Source: Sinorhizobium meliloti (GTDB lineage: Bacteria > Pseudomonadota > Alphaproteobacteria > Rhizobiales > Rhizobiaceae). From it: a DNA stretch of 32,000 bases. Made by a program: the position numbers and the translations under genes. The notes under the pieces are model-generated. The model was not told the origin of the DNA, did not search any database, and worked only from the letters and a program-made list of their open reading frames with translations. The stretch spans positions 1,620,001 to 1,652,000 of the forward strand of contig NZ_JAGIOS010000001.1 of the NCBI RefSeq assembly GCF_017876815.1, given 5' to 3'. Positions 6,771-17,591 of the stretch are shown here, one piece after another; position 1 is the stretch's first letter; the number at the start of each line of letters is the position of its first letter.

Positions 6771-8300
6771 GTGGACGACGCGGCATCGGAAGAACTGACG
6801 GAAGCACTGGCGCATGCATTGGGTACGCTGCAGGATGGGCTGACCGGTTCCTTCCTGAAGAGCGTGGGGTCCGGGCGGAGCGATCCGGGCGATCCGGCCG
6901 GGGCATGGCAGATCATCGATTGCCAGCTTACCGGCCGCGTTCCGCATCCGCTGAAACAGGCAGACCGGCACAGCGCGCTGTGGCGGGACCTCACCCATGC
7001 GCTGAACCGGCAAGGGGAACTGCGCGGCGGGATTCTTCTCGACGATGGCCTGGCGCTGTTCGTGCCCGGCGGCAGCGAACGTCCTGCCCGCCTCATCGTC
7101 TTGAGGGATTCAACCCTTTTCGATGCCGCGGGCGAGGTTACCGGTGGCCTGACGCTCTACCCTTCGGAGCAACGCCTCCTGAAGCAACTTGTCTGCGGTT
7201 TCAACCTGGCCGCGGCCGCGACTCTCGATGGTGTCAGCCATGAGACGAAGCGCTCGCAGTTCAAGTCTCTCGCCCGCAAGCTTGGCGGCGGTTCGCAGGC
7301 GGAGATCGCCGGCAGGGCGCTCTCGCGCGTCTTCCTCGAGATTGCTTCGTTTTCCGGTACGGGCGTATCGCAGGACGACTACTTCGACGATCTGCTGCGG
7401 GAGTTCGCGCCCGGAGCGCGGACCTTGCGCCTGCGCAGCCGGGCCGGTCGGAGCCATCGCTTCGTGGAGATAGGGCCGATCGGTGGGCGGCCCGTCGTGA
7501 TGCTGCATCCCATGGTTCTGCCTGACTTCAGGAACGGGGATCTCGGGGCGCTCGATACCCTCGCCCTGCGCCTGATCGTCCCATTGCGCCATGGCGCGAT
7601 GTCGCAGGAAACGGTTGCACTGGGAGTCTCCGCTCATCTCGACCACGCCTGTGAGGGGATTGATCTCGCTCGCAGGCATTTCTGCGGCGAGCAGGCAGAT
7701 ATCATGGCCTGCATCAGCGGAACGGCCTATGGATTGGAATATGCCCGCCGTCATCCCGATCGCGTTGCTTCCTTGGCTTTCGTGGGCGCCACCGTGAAGC
7801 CGACGACATCGCGTACCACGGCGGGGCGGCTGCGGTCCGGCCTGTTCACTCTCTCGATGAACCAATGGCACGTCTACTCACGGCTCATGGATTTCTATGT
7901 GCGGCGCATCCGTCGGCCGGAAACGCTGAAACAGCTGCTCTTAAGCGTTTATCGACCCAATCTGGCCGATGTGGCCATCATCGGTGCCGAATATGGAGCG
8001 CCCTTCGGCGGCGAACGGCTGCGCAAGTTCTTCACCTCGTCGGTGCAATCGATCAAGCACGACTTCTATCATCAAGCCTTACCCGACTGGAGCGGTTTCC
8101 CGGCACCGGGCTGCCGTACGATCTTTCTTCACGGTGCGCAGGATTTCATACACTCCGCCACTGACGTGCGCGCCCTGGCGCAATCGCTGGGCGGCGTTCC
8201 GGTCGTAACGCTGCCCAGTGCCGGGCAGTTGCTCTACCATGACCACTTCGAGGCAGTGATTGGCCTCTATCGCGGATTTCTCGAACATCGGCTGGAATGA
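6771..8300 (+). CDS. Fusion protein: unknown N-terminal domain, LuxR/GerE-type HTH, and C-terminal alpha/beta-hydrolase fold
   Basis: The HTH (about nt 7155-7325) reads LYPSEQRLLKQLVCGFNLAAAATLDGVSHETKRSQFKSLARKLGGGSQAEIAGRA and aligns with the LuxR C-terminal effector pattern. The hydrolase fold (about 7450-8300) includes GGRPVVMLHP, the nucleophile elbow ACISGTAYG, LHGAQDF, and a His in AGQLLYHDHFEAV. The start is uncertain. The track gives TTG 6642 and there is an ATG at 6711. I prefer GTG 6771 because gggagggg lies 4 nt upstream and third-position GC is low before it and high after it. Confidence 0.6.
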   Translation: MDDAASEELTEALAHALGTLQDGLTGSFLKSVGSGRSDPGDPAGAWQIIDCQLTGRVPHPLKQADRHSALWRDLTHALNRQGELRGGILLDDGLALFVPGGSERPARLIVLRDSTLFDAAGEVTGGLTLYPSEQRLLKQLVCGFNLAAAATLDGVSHETKRSQFKSLARKLGGGSQAEIAGRALSRVFLEIASFSGTGVSQDDYFDDLLREFAPGARTLRLRSRAGRSHRFVEIGPIGGRPVVMLHPMVLPDFRNGDLGALDTLALRLIVPLRHGAMSQETVALGVSAHLDHACEGIDLARRHFCGEQADIMACISGTAYGLEYARRHPDRVASLAFVGATVKPTTSRTTAGRLRSGLFTLSMNQWHVYSRLMDFYVRRIRRPETLKQLLLSVYRPNLADVAIIGAEYGAPFGGERLRKFFTSSVQSIKHDFYHQALPDWSGFPAPGCRTIFLHGAQDFIHSATDVRALAQSLGGVPVVTLPSAGQLLYHDHFEAVIGLYRGFLEHRLE

Positions 8301-8334
8301 GGGCCTTCACGGTCAGCAAACGGGCGAAACGAAA

Positions 8335-8358
8335 GGGCCCCGCATCGCTGCGAGGCCC
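8335..8358 (-). terminator. Stem-loop downstream of tal. Probable intrinsic terminator, possibly bidirectional.
   Basis: gggccccgca (8335-8344) pairs with tgcgaggccc (8349-8358) with one mismatch and a 4-nt loop. On the minus strand it is followed by tttcgtttc. It lies 23 nt past the tal stop and between convergent genes. Confidence 0.5.
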
Positions 8359-8380
8359 CTTCCACTCCATGCCATTAAAG

Positions 8381-9034
8381 TCAGGCGATCTTCTGGCCGG
8401 TCTTGGCCCAATCGGCGAGGAACATTTCGAGGCCCTTGTCGGTCAGCGGGTGCTTGACCAAGGCCTTCAGCGTTGCCGGCGGCGCGGTGACGACGTCGGC
8501 GCCGATGAGGGCGGCTTCCTTCACGTGGTTGACCGTGCGCACCGAGGCGGCAAGGATCTCGGTCTCGTAGCCGTAATTGTCGAAGATCTGGCGGATTTCG
8601 CGGATCAGGTCCATGCCGTCGACGGCGATATCGTCGAGGCGGCCGATGAAGGGCGAGACGAAGGTCGCGCCGGCCTTGGCGGCGAGCAGCGCCTGGTTTG
8701 CCGAGAAGCACAGCGTCACGTTGGTCTGGTGGCCGTCCGAGGTCAGCGCCTTGCAAGCCTTGAGGCCGTCGAGCGTCAGCGGCAGCTTGATGCAGATGTT
8801 GTCGGCGATCTTCGAAAGTGCGGCCGCTTCCTTCATCATCGCGCTGTATTCGGTCGCGGTCACTTCGGCCGACACCGGTCCTTCGACGATCGAGCAGATT
8901 TCCTTGGTAACCTCGACGATGTCGCGGCCCGCCTTCAGGATCAATGACGGATTGGTGGTGACGCCGTCGAGCAGGCCGAGATCGTTCAGTTCCCGGATGT
9001 CCTTCACATCGGCGGTATCAACGAAAAATTTCAT
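8381..9034 (-). CDS. tal: Transaldolase, short type (Fsa/TalC-like, 217 aa)
   Basis: The sequence [36 protein letters not shown]... includes ICIKLPLT with the Schiff-base Lys context. The start ATG at 9034 is preceded by aaggaag. The track ORF (to 9136) is over-extended at the N-terminus. Confidence 0.9.
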   Translation of the reverse strand: MKFFVDTADVKDIRELNDLGLLDGVTTNPSLILKAGRDIVEVTKEICSIVEGPVSAEVTATEYSAMMKEAAALSKIADNICIKLPLTLDGLKACKALTSDGHQTNVTLCFSANQALLAAKAGATFVSPFIGRLDDIAVDGMDLIREIRQIFDNYGYETEILAASVRTVNHVKEAALIGADVVTAPPATLKALVKHPLTDKGLEMFLADWAKTGQKIA

Positions 9035-9209
9035 CGGAGTCTTCCTTTGGCACTCAGCCGTTTCGGGCGCATCTCCGCAGCAGGAAATTCCATGGCGGAT
9101 ATCGCGCGCGTTGAAACTCGGTTGGAACCGTGACAAACCCTGCTTTCTGCAAGGCAGCGGTTCGCTGCGAGTTTTCTTTAACTGAAAGCGGTGGCAAGGT
9201 CACGGCAAA

Positions 9210-11414
9210 ATGACTCTTGATTCAACCGATTTATTCGGCCCCGTACTCGACCGCCGGGTGGTGCCCGTCCTGGTGCCCATGCCGGCGCCGAGGGCCTATT
9301 CCTACGCGGTGCCCGACGGCATGGCGGTCGAGCCGGGATCGATCGTGCAGGTGCCGCTCGGCCCCCGTTTCGTCGTCGGCGTCGTCTGGGACGGCGAAGA
9401 CGACGGCGGCGTCGATCCGAAGAAGCTGAAGCAGATCGAGAAGGTCTTCGACTGCCCGCCGCTCGGCCCGGACATGCGCGCCTTTCTCGATTGGGTGGCC
9501 GCCTATACGCTGACGCCGCCTGGCCTCGTCGTCCGGATGGCGCTCCGGGCGCCGACCGCCTTCGATCCGGAGCCGATGGTGGAAGCCCTGCGCCTGACCG
9601 AGATGCGGCCGGAACGGATGACTGCGGCGCGCGAGCGCGTCCTCGCCACGGCGAGCGACGGGCTTTCCTGGACCCGCTCGGGGCTTGCCCATGCCGCCGG
9701 GGTCTCGTCCAGCGTCATCGACGGCCTGACGTCGCAGGGCGTGTTCGAAACCGTCTTCATGCCGCCGCCGCCCGTCGTCGCCGCGCCGGATCCAGCTTTC
9801 GCCGCGCCGCGCCTCGAAGGCCCCCAGAAGCAGGCGGCTGCGGATCTTCTGGCGGCTGTCGAGGAGCGGAAATTCTCGGTATCGCTGATCGACGGCATCA
9901 CCGGTTCCGGCAAGACGGAGGTCTATTTCGAGGCGATAGCGGCGACGTTGCGCGCCGGCAAGCAGGTCCTGATCCTGCTGCCGGAGATCGCGCTGACCGC
10001 AAGCTTCCTCGAACGCTTCCAGGACCGCTTCGGCGCGAAGCCCGCGGAGTGGCACTCCGATCTCGCGCCGCGCATGCGGGAAAAGGTCTGGCGGCAGGTG
10101 ACGACGGGCCAGGTGCGCGTCGTCGCCGGTGCCCGCTCGGCGCTGTTCCTGCCTTTCGAGGATCTCGGCCTCATCATCGTCGACGAGGAGCACGACCCCG
10201 CCTACAAGCAGGAGGACCGTGTCTTCTATAATGCGCGCGATATGGCCGTGGTGCGCGGGCGGATCGGCAACTTTCCGGTCGTGCTCGTCTCCGCCACGCC
10301 TTCGGTGGAGAGCCGGGTGAACGGCGAGGTGGGGCGTTACCGGCCGATCCATCTGCCCACCCGCTTCGGCGATGCGGCGCTCCCCGATCTCGGCATAGTC
10401 GACATGCGCCGCCATCCGCCGGAACGCGGCGGCTTTCTCTCGCCGGTGCTCGTGAACCAGATCGGCAAGACGATCGGCCGGCGCGAGCAGGCGCTCCTGT
10501 TCCTGAACCGGCGCGGCTACGCACCGCTGACGCTCTGCCGCGTATGCGGCCATCGCTTCCAATGCCCGGATTGCTCGAGCTGGCTGGTCGAGCACCGCTT
10601 CCGCGGCCAGATCCAGTGCCATCACTGCGGCTACTCTGAACGGACTCCGGAAGCCTGCCCGGAATGCGGCACGCTCGATCATCTCGTTGCCTGCGGCCCC
10701 GGGGTCGAGCGCATCGCCGAAGAGGTCGAGCGGCACTTTCCCGACGCGCGCACCATCGTGCTCTCCTCCGATCTGATGGGGGTCAAGCGGCTGCGGCTGG
10801 AGCTCGAGGCAATCGCCCGCGGGGAGGCGGACATCGTCATCGGCACGCAACTCGTCGCCAAGGGGCACAACTTCCCGAACATGACCCTGGTCGGCATCGT
10901 CGATGCGGATCTGGGTCTTGCCAATGGCGACCCGCGCGCTGCGGAACGGACGTTCCAGCTCCTTTCCCAGGTGACGGGACGTGCCGGACGGACGGGACTC
11001 AAAAGCCTCGGCCTTCTGCAGACCTATCAGCCGCAGCATCCGGTCATGCAGGCGATCGTGTCCGGCGATTCCGACGCTTTCTACGAACGCGAGATCCATG
11101 AGCGGGAAAGGGCGGTGCTGCCTCCTTTCGGCCGGCTCGCCTCGGTCATCGTTTCGGCCGATACGCGCGGCGATGCCGAGGGCCACGCCCGCGGACTGCG
11201 CAATGCCGCGCCGCGCGTCGACGGCATCGCGATCCTCGGACCGGCGGAAGCGCCGCTCGCGCTTATCCGCGGCCGGCATCGCTTCCGGCTTCTCGTCCAC
11301 GGGCGGCGCAACAGCGACATGCAGTCCTTCGTCCGGGCTATGATCGCCGCCGGCCCCAAGGAGCGCGGATCGGTCAGCGTCCAGCTCGACATCGATCCGC
11401 AGAGTTTTTTGTGA
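9210..11414 (+). CDS. priA: Primosomal protein N' (replication restart helicase PriA)
   Basis: It has Walker A GITGSGKTEVY and the DEEH box LIIVDEEHD. The Cys-rich zinc-binding insert reads CRVCGHRFQCPDCSSWLVEHRFRGQIQCHHCGYSERTPEACPECG. The helicase C-terminal motifs read IGTQLVAKGHNFP...QVTGRAGR. Confidence 0.95.
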   Translation: MTLDSTDLFGPVLDRRVVPVLVPMPAPRAYSYAVPDGMAVEPGSIVQVPLGPRFVVGVVWDGEDDGGVDPKKLKQIEKVFDCPPLGPDMRAFLDWVAAYTLTPPGLVVRMALRAPTAFDPEPMVEALRLTEMRPERMTAARERVLATASDGLSWTRSGLAHAAGVSSSVIDGLTSQGVFETVFMPPPPVVAAPDPAFAAPRLEGPQKQAAADLLAAVEERKFSVSLIDGITGSGKTEVYFEAIAATLRAGKQVLILLPEIALTASFLERFQDRFGAKPAEWHSDLAPRMREKVWRQVTTGQVRVVAGARSALFLPFEDLGLIIVDEEHDPAYKQEDRVFYNARDMAVVRGRIGNFPVVLVSATPSVESRVNGEVGRYRPIHLPTRFGDAALPDLGIVDMRRHPPERGGFLSPVLVNQIGKTIGRREQALLFLNRRGYAPLTLCRVCGHRFQCPDCSSWLVEHRFRGQIQCHHCGYSERTPEACPECGTLDHLVACGPGVERIAEEVERHFPDARTIVLSSDLMGVKRLRLELEAIARGEADIVIGTQLVAKGHNFPNMTLVGIVDADLGLANGDPRAAERTFQLLSQVTGRAGRTGLKSLGLLQTYQPQHPVMQAIVSGDSDAFYEREIHERERAVLPPFGRLASVIVSADTRGDAEGHARGLRNAAPRVDGIAILGPAEAPLALIRGRHRFRLLVHGRRNSDMQSFVRAMIAAGPKERGSVSVQLDIDPQSFL

Positions 11415-11536
11415 TCACTGCCGGAACTTCGTCCTTCGACCGATTCACATCCGGAAGGACATAGGCTAGACCTCTTCCACGCACTGCGTCGGATCGGCGC
11501 GCGGCGGAGGGTCCACAGCAACGGGCGGGGACGGCG

Positions 11537-11923
11537 ATGGAGTTCTACATACCGACGGAAACCGGGGAGCTGCTGGCCTTTTGTGCGGCCGCGCTCGCGG
11601 CGCTGATCGGGCTCGTCATGCTCTTTGCGCCGCGCCTGACCTTTCGTGCCGCCGGGATCGGCATCGCCGAGGGGCGGCGGGGAGGACTGGCGGAGGCCCG
11701 CTCCACCATGGGCGGCATGCATCTGGGCCTGGGCCTCGGCGCCATCCTGCTTGCCCAGCCGATGGTCTATCTCGCCGTCGGCGCGGCTTTCGCGCTCGCG
11801 GCGTTCGGTCGCATCCTGTCGATCATGAGCGACAACGGCGCGACCCTCTTCAACTGGCTCGCGCTCCTGGTCCAGGCGGCGCTCGCGATCCTGCCGCTCG
11901 CCTATGTTTTCGGGCTGATCTGA
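11537..11923 (+). CDS. Small multi-pass membrane protein of unknown function (about 4 predicted TM segments)
   Basis: It is a 128-aa ORF with hydrophobic stretches LLAFCAAALAALIGLVMLF, GMHLGLGLGAILLA, VYLAVGAAFALAAFG and LALLVQAALAILPLAYVFGLI. I recognise no catalytic motif. Codon bias is consistent with coding. Confidence 0.5.
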   Translation: MEFYIPTETGELLAFCAAALAALIGLVMLFAPRLTFRAAGIGIAEGRRGGLAEARSTMGGMHLGLGLGAILLAQPMVYLAVGAAFALAAFGRILSIMSDNGATLFNWLALLVQAALAILPLAYVFGLI

Positions 11924-12161
11924 CCGCCGACAAGGGCCTGCGACACTATTTACGGCAAAATTCGGCCGAACCGGCCGGGTAATGCCGCATTCCTGCCGTT
12001 GGCGTGTTGCGAGTCCAAACATCCTATGCTAGACGAACCGCGAACTGCGGGGGAAGTGGGTCGACCGGCCTCGATATCCTGCGAGTTATTGCAGCAAATT
12101 CAAGATGTTAGGTCGACGGTTCGCCGGTCCTGACATTCCTGGATGATTTTGAGAGAAGCTT

Positions 12162-12728
12162 GTGCCCGTGGCAGACACATCCCAGCTCATTTCCGGTGTT
12201 GCAGAAAGATATGCCTCCTCGCTTTTCGAGCTTGCCCTTGACGCCGGGTCGATCGAAGCGGTCGGTGCCGATCTGACGCGCATCCAGGCGCTGATCGACG
12301 GCAGCGACGATCTGAAGCGGCTGATCGTAAGCCCGGTCTTTTCCGCCGACGACCAGTTCAAGGCGATTTCCGCCCTCGTCGAGAAGTTCGGCTTCTCCGG
12401 GTTGGTCGGCAACTTCCTGAAGGTCGTCGCGCGCAATCGCCGCCTCTTCGTGCTGCCGGGCATCATCAAGGCGTTCCGTCTGCTCGCTGCCCGCCACAAG
12501 GGCGAAATTACCGCCGACGTCACGTCGGCACATGCGCTGACGCTGGCGCAGGAAATCGAATTGAAGGCGGCGCTGAAAGGCGTCACCGGCAAAGACGTGG
12601 CGGTAAACGTCACCGTCGACCCGTCTATTCTTGGAGGTCTGATCGTCAAGGTCGGGTCCCGCCAGATTGACACCTCCCTTCGCACCAAACTCTCTACCCT
12701 TAAGCTTGCACTGAAAGAGGTCGGCTGA
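12162..12728 (+). CDS. atpH: F1 ATP synthase subunit delta (OSCP)
   Basis: It has a GTG start. The N-terminus [14 protein letters not shown] and C-terminus [26 protein letters not shown] are typical of subunit delta. The stop overlaps the atpA start (TGATG). Confidence 0.9.
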   Translation: MPVADTSQLISGVAERYASSLFELALDAGSIEAVGADLTRIQALIDGSDDLKRLIVSPVFSADDQFKAISALVEKFGFSGLVGNFLKVVARNRRLFVLPGIIKAFRLLAARHKGEITADVTSAHALTLAQEIELKAALKGVTGKDVAVNVTVDPSILGGLIVKVGSRQIDTSLRTKLSTLKLALKEVG

Positions 12729-14257
12729 TGGATATCCGCGCCGCGGAAATTTCCGCAATTCTTAAAGATCAGATCAAAAATTTCGGCCAGGAAGCGGAAG
12801 TTTCCGAAGTCGGCCAGGTGCTTTCCGTCGGTGACGGTATCGCCCGCGTCTACGGCCTCGACAACGTCCAGGCAGGCGAGATGGTCGAATTCCCGGGCGG
12901 AATTCGCGGCATGGCGCTGAACCTCGAAGCCGACAATGTCGGTGTGGTTATCTTCGGCTCGGACCGGGACATCAAGGAAGGCGACACGGTCAAGCGGACC
13001 GGCGCCATCGTGGACGTTCCCGTAGGTCCGGAGCTGCTCGGCCGCGTCGTGGACGCGCTCGGCAATCCGATCGACGGCAAGGGCCCGATCAATGCCAAGC
13101 AGCGCGCCCGCGTCGACGTCAAGGCGCCCGGCATCATTCCGCGCAAGTCGGTTCATGAGCCGATGTCGACCGGCCTCAAGGCCATCGACGCCCTCATCCC
13201 GGTCGGCCGCGGTCAGCGCGAGCTCGTCATCGGCGACCGCCAGACCGGCAAGACCGCGATCATTCTCGATACGATCCTCAACCAGAAAGCCATTCACGAC
13301 AATGGCCCGGAAGGGGATAAGCTCTATTGCGTCTATGTCGCTATCGGCCAGAAGCGCTCGACCGTTGCCCAGTTCGTCAAGGTGCTCGAAGAGCGCGGCG
13401 CGCTGCAGTACTCGATCATCGTCGCTGCCACCGCTTCCGACCCGGCGCCGATGCAGTATCTGGCTCCCTTCGCCGGCTGCGCGATGGGCGAATATTTCCG
13501 CGACAACGGCAAGCACGCCCTGATCGGCTATGACGACCTTTCCAAGCAGGCCGTCGCCTACCGTCAGATGTCGCTGCTGCTGCGCCGTCCGCCGGGCCGT
13601 GAAGCCTATCCGGGGGACGTCTTCTACCTGCATTCGCGCCTCCTGGAACGCGCCGCCAAGCTCTCCGACGAGCGTGGTGCCGGCTCGCTGACGGCTCTGC
13701 CGGTCATCGAGACGCAGGGCAACGACGTGTCCGCGTTCATTCCGACCAACGTGATCTCGATCACCGACGGCCAGATCTTCCTTGAAACCGACCTGTTCTA
13801 CCAGGGTATCCGCCCGGCCGTTAACGTCGGTCTGTCGGTTTCGCGCGTCGGCTCCTCCGCCCAGATCAAGGCGATGAAGCAGGTCGCCGGTTCGATCAAG
13901 GGCGAGCTCGCCCAGTACCGCGAAATGGCGGCCTTCGCACAGTTCGGCTCGGACCTCGATGCCGCGACGCAGCGTCTGCTCAACCGCGGTGCCCGCCTGA
14001 CCGAACTCCTGAAGCAGCCGCAGTTCTCGCCGCTGAAGACGGAAGAGCAGGTCGCGGTCATCTTCGCCGGCGTCAACGGCTATCTCGACAAGCTGCCGGT
14101 CAGCGACGTCGGCAAGTTCGAGCACGGTCTCCTTTCCTACCTGCGTTCGGAAGGCAAGGCCGTTCTGGATACCATCCGTACGGAAAAGGCTATCTCGGAC
14201 GACACCAAGGCCAAGCTGAAGGGCGCAATCGACAGCTTCGCCAAATCCTTCGCCTGA
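12728..14257 (+). CDS. atpA: F1 ATP synthase subunit alpha
   Basis: It has the P-loop [10 protein letters not shown], plus the motifs [47 protein letters not shown]. Confidence 0.97.
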   Translation: MDIRAAEISAILKDQIKNFGQEAEVSEVGQVLSVGDGIARVYGLDNVQAGEMVEFPGGIRGMALNLEADNVGVVIFGSDRDIKEGDTVKRTGAIVDVPVGPELLGRVVDALGNPIDGKGPINAKQRARVDVKAPGIIPRKSVHEPMSTGLKAIDALIPVGRGQRELVIGDRQTGKTAIILDTILNQKAIHDNGPEGDKLYCVYVAIGQKRSTVAQFVKVLEERGALQYSIIVAATASDPAPMQYLAPFAGCAMGEYFRDNGKHALIGYDDLSKQAVAYRQMSLLLRRPPGREAYPGDVFYLHSRLLERAAKLSDERGAGSLTALPVIETQGNDVSAFIPTNVISITDGQIFLETDLFYQGIRPAVNVGLSVSRVGSSAQIKAMKQVAGSIKGELAQYREMAAFAQFGSDLDAATQRLLNRGARLTELLKQPQFSPLKTEEQVAVIFAGVNGYLDKLPVSDVGKFEHGLLSYLRSEGKAVLDTIRTEKAISDDTKAKLKGAIDSFAKSFA

Positions 14258-14284
14258 GCGGACCTCAACTAGGACGGACAACGG

Positions 14285-15169
14285 ATGCCTTCACTTAAGG
14301 ATCTGAAGAACCGGATCGCCTCCGTCAAGGCGACGCAGAAGATCACCAAGGCGATGAAGATGGTCGCCGCGGCGAAACTTCGGCGTGCGCAGGAGGCGGC
14401 CGAGGCCGCCCGGCCCTATTCGCAGCGCATGGCTGCCGTTCTCGCCAATATCGCCCAGGCGGTCGGTGCGGACGACAGCGCGCCGCGGCTGATGACGGGA
14501 ACCGGCAGGGACGACACGCACCTGGTGATCGTGTGCACGGCCGAGCGCGGCCTTTGCGGCGGCTTCAACTCGCAGATCGCCCGCTTCGCCCGCGACCATG
14601 TGCGCAAGCTTCTGGCCCAGGGCAAGACGGTCAAGATCATCTGCGTCGGGAAGAAGGGCTTCGATATGCTTCGGCGCGACTTCGCGTCGCTGATCATCGA
14701 CCGTGTCGACCTGCGTGAGGTCAAGAAGATCGGTTTTGAGAACGCGGACCGGATCGGCCACAAGGTCATCGAGCTCTTCGACAAGGGCGAGTTCGACGTC
14801 TGCACCCTGTTCTATTCCGAGTTCAAGTCCGTCATTTCGCAGATCCCGACCGCCCAGCAGCTCATCCCGGCATCGGCCGGCGAAGTGGCCGCTGCCGAAG
14901 GCGAGGGCGCATCGGCGATCTACGAATACGAGCCGGAAGCCGGAGCGATCCTGAGCGATCTCATTCCGCGCAATATCTCCGTGCAGATCTTCCGGGCCCT
15001 GCTCGAGAACGTCGCGGGTGAAATGGGCGCGAAGATGAGTGCCATGGACAATGCGACGCGCAATGCGGGTGAGATGATCGACAAGCTGACGCTCAGCTAC
15101 AACCGTCAGCGGCAGGCGCAGATCACCAAGGAACTCATTGAAATCATCTCTGGCGCGGAAGCGCTCTAA
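14285..15169 (+). CDS. atpG: F1 ATP synthase subunit gamma
   Basis: The N-terminus reads [36 protein letters not shown]. The C-terminus reads [27 protein letters not shown]. Confidence 0.95.
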
Positions 15170-16708
<1,539 letters not shown>

Positions 16709-16721
16709 TCTGCATCAGGAA

Positions 16722-16748
16722 CCGTGGCGCGGAGTTTTCGCGCCACGG
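16722..16748 (+). other. Intercistronic stem-loop between atpD and atpC
   Basis: ccgtggcgcg (16722-16731) pairs perfectly with cgcgccacgg (16739-16748) around a 7-nt loop, gagtttt. It is followed by cTTTc only, a weak U-tract. It starts 14 nt after the atpD stop, inside a roughly 120-nt spacer. Confidence 0.6.
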
Positions 16749-16830
16749 CTTTCATCCCGCCGCGGCAAATGATGGCGGAGAACGTGCACAGCCCGCCGAC
16801 CAGCGGCGCGCTCACCAGAAGTGAATGGTC

Positions 16831-17235
16831 ATGGCCGAAAGTTTCAATTTTGAGCTTGTTTCCCCCGAGCGTCTGCTTGTCTCGGAGAAGGTGACCGAAG
16901 TCGTCATTCCGGCGACCGAGGGCGAGATGACCGTGATGGCCAATCACGCGCCGACCATGACGACCATCAAGCCGGGCGTCGTCGCGGTGAAGACGGCTGC
17001 CGGCAAGACAGAACGTTACGCCGTCTTCGGCGGCTTTGCCGACATCCTGCCTTCCGGCTGCACGCTTTTGGCCGAATCCGCCGTCCATGTCGACGAGCTG
17101 GATCCCACGGTTCTCGAGAACCGCATCGAAGCGGCACGCGCCGAACTCGAAGGCGCCGGCGATGAGAAGAAGACCCGTCTGGAACAATTCATCGCCGAAC
17201 TTACGAAGCTCGGGGAGATCGTGATCCCGGCCTGA
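16831..17235 (+). CDS. atpC: F1 ATP synthase subunit epsilon
   Basis: MAESFNFELVSPERLLVSEKVTEVVIPATEGEMTVMANHAPTMTTIKPG is a typical epsilon N-terminal beta-sandwich. The track start at 16825 adds MV. I prefer the second ATG because homologues, as I remember them, begin MA(D/E)xFxFELVSP. Confidence 0.9.
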   Translation: MAESFNFELVSPERLLVSEKVTEVVIPATEGEMTVMANHAPTMTTIKPGVVAVKTAAGKTERYAVFGGFADILPSGCTLLAESAVHVDELDPTVLENRIEAARAELEGAGDEKKTRLEQFIAELTKLGEIVIPA

Positions 17236-17268
17236 AAGGGACATCCCGATAAGGGATAATGCCTAACG

Positions 17269-17292
17269 AACCCCGCCTCGAGCGGGGTTTTT
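17269..17292 (+). terminator. Rho-independent terminator of the atpHAGDC operon
   Basis: aaccccgc (17269-17276), loop ctcga, gcggggtt (17282-17289). The run t17288-t17292 gives five T. It lies 34 nt after the atpC stop. Confidence 0.85.
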
Positions 17293-17346
17293 CGTCTCCG
17301 GATATCGGTCTACTTGCGCTGAATATCCCTCTCTCCGTCCATTGCC

Positions 17347-17524
17347 GCCCCTCATCCCGCTGCCGCGACCTTCTCCCCGCAGGCGGGGAGAAGGGGCAAG
17401 CCGCGAACTCCCAGCCCTATCAGGTTTGCAGCTGCTCGCTTCGACGGAAAGAGAACAGGACGGCGCCGCGAGTCTCCTTCGCCCCGCTTGGGACGAGAAG
17501 GTGCCGGCAGGCGGATGAGGGGGC
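17347..17524. repeat. GC-rich REP/MITE-like element: two inverted copies of a roughly 45-bp rhizobial repeat motif
   Basis: The left copy contains a perfect 11-bp stem, ccttctccccg / cggggagaagg (17369-17379 / 17384-17394, tetraloop cagg). The arms gcccctcatcccgctgccgcgaccttctc (17347-17375) and gagaaggtgccggcaggcggatgagggggc (17495-17524) are imperfect reverse complements. The motif tgccggcaggcggatgagggg is, from memory, a very common Rhizobiaceae intergenic repeat. Confidence 0.65.
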
Positions 17525-17540
17525 GCTTCAAGCAGGAATG

Positions 17541-17569
17541 AAAAATGCCCGGACGAGGTCCGGGCATTT
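17541..17569 (-). terminator. Rho-independent terminator of the dehydrogenase gene (minus strand)
   Basis: atgcccgga (17545-17553) pairs with tccgggcat (17559-17567). On the minus strand the hairpin is followed by ttttt (complement of a17541-a17545). It lies 24 nt past the stop at 17592. Confidence 0.8.
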
Positions 17570-17591
17570 CGATAAACAACTGAACTCGGGC

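Noticed and set aside
9231-11300. 689-aa minus-strand ORF opposite priA
   Set aside because: It is an antisense shadow. priA on the plus strand has complete helicase and zinc-finger motifs.
11924-12161. Candidate sigma-70 promoter for the atp operon (ttgcga/ttgcag hexamers)
   Set aside because: No -35/-10 pair with correct spacing could be supported by eye, so no promoter is reported.
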